DNA from: an uncultured Conexibacteraceae bacterium
GTDB taxonomy: Bacteria > Actinomycetota > Thermoleophilia > Solirubrobacterales > Solirubrobacteraceae
Reading direction: 5' to 3'
NCBI GenBank assembly: GCA_963794585.1
Contig: CAWCEO010000005.1
Span: 156,225-220,224 of the forward strand
DNA: 64,000 bases
Shown here: positions 59,718-64,000 of the stretch, piece after piece
Layout of the letters: each line of letters opens with the position of its first letter
Numbering within the stretch: the stretch's first letter is position 1
Position numbers and translations under genes: made by a program
The notes under the pieces: generated by a model
What the model saw: the letters and a program-made list of their open reading frames with translations, nothing else
What the model was told of the DNA's origin: nothing
Database searches by the model: none

Positions 59718-61555
59718 CAGGCCTGCTCCTGGTCTTCCTGATTGGGCTGGTGATCGACAGCATCGAATTCTGCCCGCAACCGGGCGATGAAGTCGTCCTC
59801 ACCGAGGACCTCGGGCTCGGCGCCCAGCTCCTCGGCTTCACGGGTCTCGAGCAGGAGCCGCGGCGCGACGCCCGTCAGCTCCTGGAACGCGGCGGTCAGC
59901 AGCTGGCGCTCGGCCGTGCCCTCGGCCTTCTTCTTCTGAAAGCCGCAATCGGGCGTGAAGGCGAGGGTGATCTCGCGACCCGAGACGGCGATCGGCCGCG
60001 CCTCGGCCAGGCAGCCGGCCAGCAGCTGGTTGGACTCCGCGAGGTTCTGCAGGACCGCGGGCCAGAGCTCCTGGACCATCGTGAGGTCGAGCTCGCCGAT
60101 GGGCGCGGGCGGCTCGGCGACCGCGACGGCCGCGAGGACGGGCTCATGGACCGCCTCGGGCGCAGCAGCCTGCACGACAAGCGCCGGCCCCGACTCGGGT
60201 GGGCCCGGCTGGCGCGAGGAGCTCGCGGCATCTAGGCCCACGGGCGTCGACGGTGGCTCCTCGGCGGCCGGTGGGCTTGTCGGGCGCGAGAGGTCCGCGT
60301 CAGACGGGCCCACGGGCGCGGGCTGGGCGGCGGGCGGTGGCGAAGGCGCAGCAGCCGCGAGGACAGGAGCGGCAGCCGCAGGCGCGGTCGCGACCGGCGC
60401 GCCGCCGCGCAGCGCCGCCTCCATCCGCTCCATCCGCGCCAACAGCGCGCGCGTCGAAGGGTCGACCTCCGGCGTGGCCGCCTTGACCAGTGCGACCTCC
60501 AGCTGCGTCTGGGCATCCGCCCCGTCCTTGGACAGGCGCATGGCCGCGGCGAGCAGGTCGAGCAGACCGACGGAGTCCGCGCCCGACATCCGCGCCGCTT
60601 GATCGGCCAGCCGCGCGTCGCGCTCGGCGGTGATCGCCAGCTGCGACGGAACCTCGCCGAGCGTCTGGGTCACGAGCACGTCGCGCGCGTGGGTCTCCAA
60701 GTCCTTCAGGAACTGCGCCGGCTCGCGGCCGGAGTCGGCCAGGCGCGCGGCCACCTGCCACGCCGCCCGCGCATCGTGGGCGGCGATCGCGTCCAGCGCG
60801 CCGAACAGGAGGTCGTCGTCGGCGACGCCGAGCACGGCCAGCACGTCCTCGGTCGCGATCGCCGCGCCCGAGTAGGTGACCAGCTGCTCCAGCGTGCCGA
60901 GCGCGTCGCGATAGGAGCCCGTCGCGTTGCGCGCGACCAGCGCGACCGCCTCCGGCGCGATCTCGATCGACTCCTTGCCCGCCACCCGCTGCACGACCGT
61001 CGCGAGCTGCTCGACGGTCGGCCGGCGGAAGTCGAAGCGGTGGCAGCGGTCGACGACCGTGTCCATGATCTTGTGCGCCTCGGTGGTCGCCAGCACGAAG
61101 ATCGTCGACGGCGGCGGCTCCTCCAAGGTCTTCAGGAACGCGTTCCACGCGGCCGAGGAGAGCATGTGCGCCTCGTCCAAGATGTAGACCTTGTAGCGAC
61201 CGGTGACGGGCGCGTACTGGACCGAGTCGCGCAGCTCACGGATGTCGTCGACCGAGTTGTTGGACGCGGCGTCCATCTCGATGACGTCCATCGACGTGGC
61301 GCTGGCGATCGACACGCAGGACTCGCAGACGCCGCACGGCTCAATCGTCGGACCGTCGACGCAGTTCAGGCATGCGGCGAGCATCTTGGCCATCGATGTC
61401 TTGCCCGTCCCGCGTGAGCCGACGAACAGGTACGCGTGATGCACCGCGTCCTGGCCGATGGCGTTGCGGAGCGTGCGCACGACGTGCTCCTGGCCGATGA
61501 CGTCGGCGAACGTCCGCGGGCGATGGCGGCGATAGAGCGAGGGTCCGGCAGACAC
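59717..61555 (-). CDS. dnaX: DNA polymerase III subunit gamma/tau
   Basis: LYRRHRPRTFADVIGQ, GSRGTGKTS, EMDAASN, DEAHML, NAFLKTLEEPP. Confidence 0.97.
   Translation of the reverse strand: MSAGPSLYRRHRPRTFADVIGQEHVVRTLRNAIGQDAVHHAYLFVGSRGTGKTSMAKMLAACLNCVDGPTIEPCGVCESCVSIASATSMDVIEMDAASNNSVDDIRELRDSVQYAPVTGRYKVYILDEAHMLSSAAWNAFLKTLEEPPPSTIFVLATTEAHKIMDTVVDRCHRFDFRRPTVEQLATVVQRVAGKESIEIAPEAVALVARNATGSYRDALGTLEQLVTYSGAAIATEDVLAVLGVADDDLLFGALDAIAAHDARAAWQVAARLADSGREPAQFLKDLETHARDVLVTQTLGEVPSQLAITAERDARLADQAARMSGADSVGLLDLLAAAMRLSKDGADAQTQLEVALVKAATPEVDPSTRALLARMERMEAALRGGAPVATAPAAAAPVLAAAAPSPPPAAQPAPVGPSDADLSRPTSPPAAEEPPSTPVGLDAASSSRQPGPPESGPALVVQAAAPEAVHEPVLAAVAVAEPPAPIGELDLTMVQELWPAVLQNLAESNQLLAGCLAEARPIAVSGREITLAFTPDCGFQKKKAEGTAERQLLTAAFQELTGVAPRLLLETREAEELGAEPEVLGEDDFIARLRAEFDAVDHQPNQEDQEQA
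60199..60313. repeat. Two 43-bp palindromic elements in the dnaX linker
   Basis: Copies at 60199-60241 and 60271-60313; same family as 49400-49585. Confidence 0.8.
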
Positions 61556-61606
61556 GGACTCGTCAGTGTAGAGCTGAGGGAGGCGGCGTCTCCCTAGGCT
61601 GAGGGG

Positions 61607-62932
61607 ATGGCCGATCCCCTCCTCGACGAGCTCTTCGACTGGCTGCGCATCCCCAGCATCTCCACGGGCGGCGGCGACCCCGCTGACCTGCAGCGCGCCG
61701 CCGAATGGGCGGCCGCGAAGGTGCGGGCGGCGGGCGGTGAAGCCGAGCTGGTCACGATCGACGGCGGCAACCCGCTGGTCGTCGGCGAGCTGCGTGCCTC
61801 CACCGGCGAGGACGCGCCCACGGTCCTGATCTACGGCCATTACGACGTCCAGGGCGCCGAGCCGCTCGACCTCTGGACCAGCCCGCCCTTTGAGCCCGAG
61901 ATCCGCGACGGCCGCGTCTTCGCGCGTGGTGCTGCTGACGACAAGGGCAACTTCCTGCCGTTGCTGCACGCCGCCTGCGAGCTGGCCAAAGCCGGCGAGC
62001 TGCCCGTCCACGTCCGCGTCGCGGTCGAGGGTGAGGAGGAGGCCGGCGGCGAGTCGATCGCCGCCTGGCTGGCCGCCGACGGGCGCGGCGCCGACGCGGC
62101 GATCGTCTACGACAGCGGCATGGCGGGGCCCGACCTGCCCGCGATCACCGTCGGCCTGCGCGGCGTCGTCCTGCTGACCTTCGACGTCCGCGCGGCCCAA
62201 CGCGACCTGCACTCCGGCATGTACGGCGGCAGCGCCCTGAACTCGCTGCACGCGCTGCATCGCGCACTGGCGCAGGTCCTCCCGGACGACGAGGGCCGGG
62301 TGCGCGACGAGCTGCGCGTGGGCATCGCACCGGTCGCAGACGCCGAGCGCGAGTCGTGGAACAGCCTTCCGTCTGGCGACGAGGCGCTGGCCGCCGCCGG
62401 CGCGCGCCCTGCCTACCCAGGAGCGGGCGCCGAGTACGTGGAGCGCAACGGCTCAGATACCGCGGTCGACGTCGACCAGATCGTCGCCGGCGACGCGCGC
62501 ACGGTGATCCCGGCCGTCACGCGCTGCACGGTCTCGATCCGCCTCGCGCCCGGCCAGGATCCCGAGGCGATGGGCGCCGAGCTGATCCGTCTGCTGCGCG
62601 CCGGGCTGCCGGAGGGCGCCGAGCTGGAGGTCATCTCGTCGCACAGCGCGCAGCCCGCGCTCTTTCCGGTCGACACGCCCGCCATCGCGCTGGCGGCGAA
62701 GGCATTGGAGCGCGCCTGCGGGGTCGCGCCCGCGTTCGTGCGCTCCGGCGGCTCGATCCCGATCGTCGCCGACTTCGGCTCCAAGTCCATCCCGACGATC
62801 GTCACCGGCTTCGTCCTGCCCGACGACCCGTTCCACGCGCCCAACGAGTCCTTCTCGCTGCGCGGGCTGGAGCTGGGCTACAAGAGCGCGTGCGAGCTGC
62901 TGATCGGCCTGGCCGACCTCAAGGCGCAGTAG
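61607..62932 (+). CDS. M20 family metallopeptidase (dipeptidase-like)
   Basis: YGHYDVQ, RGAADDKG, EGEEE, DLHSG, GGSIP, HAPNE. Confidence 0.93.
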   Translation: MADPLLDELFDWLRIPSISTGGGDPADLQRAAEWAAAKVRAAGGEAELVTIDGGNPLVVGELRASTGEDAPTVLIYGHYDVQGAEPLDLWTSPPFEPEIRDGRVFARGAADDKGNFLPLLHAACELAKAGELPVHVRVAVEGEEEAGGESIAAWLAADGRGADAAIVYDSGMAGPDLPAITVGLRGVVLLTFDVRAAQRDLHSGMYGGSALNSLHALHRALAQVLPDDEGRVRDELRVGIAPVADAERESWNSLPSGDEALAAAGARPAYPGAGAEYVERNGSDTAVDVDQIVAGDARTVIPAVTRCTVSIRLAPGQDPEAMGAELIRLLRAGLPEGAELEVISSHSAQPALFPVDTPAIALAAKALERACGVAPAFVRSGGSIPIVADFGSKSIPTIVTGFVLPDDPFHAPNESFSLRGLELGYKSACELLIGLADLKAQ

Positions 62933-62947
62933 CTTCCCGGGCCGCCG

Positions 62948-64000
62948 ATGCGGCTGCGCCCTTTCTATCTCCCCGCTGCGGTCTCGGTCGCTCTTGCGGC
63001 GCTCGTCGCGCTGGTCGCGGCGCCGGCGCGCTTTCTCAACTACGACACCGCTTACACCCTGCTTTGGGGCCATGACCTCGTCCATGGCCGGACGCCGGAC
63101 TACTCGGTGGCCTTCGCGCCGACGCCGCATCCGCTGGCCACGCTCGTCGGTGCCCTCGGCTCGCTGATCAGCGCTGGCTTCGGCGAGGCGCTCTTCGAGG
63201 TCCTCGCGTTCCTCGCGCTGGGCATCTTGGGGTGGTTGGTCTACGCGCTGGGGCGGGCGTGGTTCAACCGCGCGACCGGCGTCGTCGCCGTGCTGATCGT
63301 CCTGACCCGCGAGCCGGTCCTCAGCTACGGCGTGCGCGCCTACGTCGACATCCCCTACATCTGCCTGTTGTTGGGGGCCTTGCTCGTCGAGACGCGGCGC
63401 CCGCGCGCCGGGACGCCGGTCTTGGTGTTGATGGCCTTGGCCGGGTTGCTCCGACCCGAAGCGTGGTTCTTCGCCTTCGCCTACGTGATCTGGCTCTGGC
63501 GCGGCGGCGCGCTCACCCGAACCCACATCGCACTCTTCGTCGGCGCGCCGTTGTTGTGGGCCTTGAGCGACCTCGCCGTCACCGGCGACCCCTTGCACTC
63601 GCTGACCGGCACGCGCTCGACGGCCGAGGACCTCGGGCGCGTCACGGGCCTTCAGCATGTCCCGACCACGCTGCCGCGCCGCCTCGGCGAGATCCTGCGC
63701 GAGCCGGTGCTCTTCGGCGCCGCGGTCGGCGGCGTGCTGTCGCTGTGGCGGTTGCGCACGCGCGGCCCGCTGCTGGGCGCCGCGGCCGGCGTCCTCGCGG
63801 TCGTCGCCTTCTGCCTCCTGGCGACCGCGGGCCTCTCGATCCTGACCCGCTACCTGCTGCTGCCGGCCACGATCCTGGCGATCTTCGCGGCTGCGGCGAT
63901 CTGCGGCTGGACGCTGCTGGAACGTGAAGACCCATGGCGGCTGCGCTGGGCCGCGCTGGGGCTGGTCACGGTGTTGGGCTGCATCGCGTTCATCCCGTCG
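62948..64000 (+). CDS. Multi-TM membrane protein, GT-C (PMT/GT39-like) glycosyltransferase (partial)
   Basis: Manual translation MRLRPFYLPAAV...NYDTAYTLLWG...PTPHPL...YVDIPY...LLRPEAW; open to window end. Confidence 0.65.
   Translation, partial: MRLRPFYLPAAVSVALAALVALVAAPARFLNYDTAYTLLWGHDLVHGRTPDYSVAFAPTPHPLATLVGALGSLISAGFGEALFEVLAFLALGILGWLVYALGRAWFNRATGVVAVLIVLTREPVLSYGVRAYVDIPYICLLLGALLVETRRPRAGTPVLVLMALAGLLRPEAWFFAFAYVIWLWRGGALTRTHIALFVGAPLLWALSDLAVTGDPLHSLTGTRSTAEDLGRVTGLQHVPTTLPRRLGEILREPVLFGAAVGGVLSLWRLRTRGPLLGAAAGVLAVVAFCLLATAGLSILTRYLLLPATILAIFAAAAICGWTLLEREDPWRLRWAALGLVTVLGCIAFIPS

Overview
High-GC actinobacterial chromosome segment. Gene content and order point to Thermoleophilia/Solirubrobacterales (inference; no search run). 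Most of it is housekeeping: pth-rplY, prs-glmU-tRNA-Gln, ispE-rsmA-tatD-metG, rsmI, glyQS, hsp20-lon, mdh-icd, ask-asd and dnaX-ybaB-recR. No integrase, transposase, phage gene or cas gene was recognised. Main points of interest: (1) a 43-bp palindromic element whose half-sites recur every ~36 bp, present as an intergenic triplet and as an in-frame pair inside dnaX, plus a second 37-bp palindrome pair in-frame in an ABC permease; (2) an anchor-less, type-E-like succinate dehydrogenase (SdhA, SdhB with an extra Cys, CCG-domain subunit); (3) an R2lox-like ferritin-fold oxidase fused to an SCP2-like domain; (4) a coiled-coil/AT-hook/wHTH candidate nucleoid protein; (5) a CTG-initiated gene missed by the ORF track; (6) a degenerate NagZ-like GH3 ahead of an ABC transporter and a Tat lipoprotein phosphoesterase; (7) pervasive leaderless-type gene starts. 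Start codons were refined by eye and all product calls come from motif recognition.
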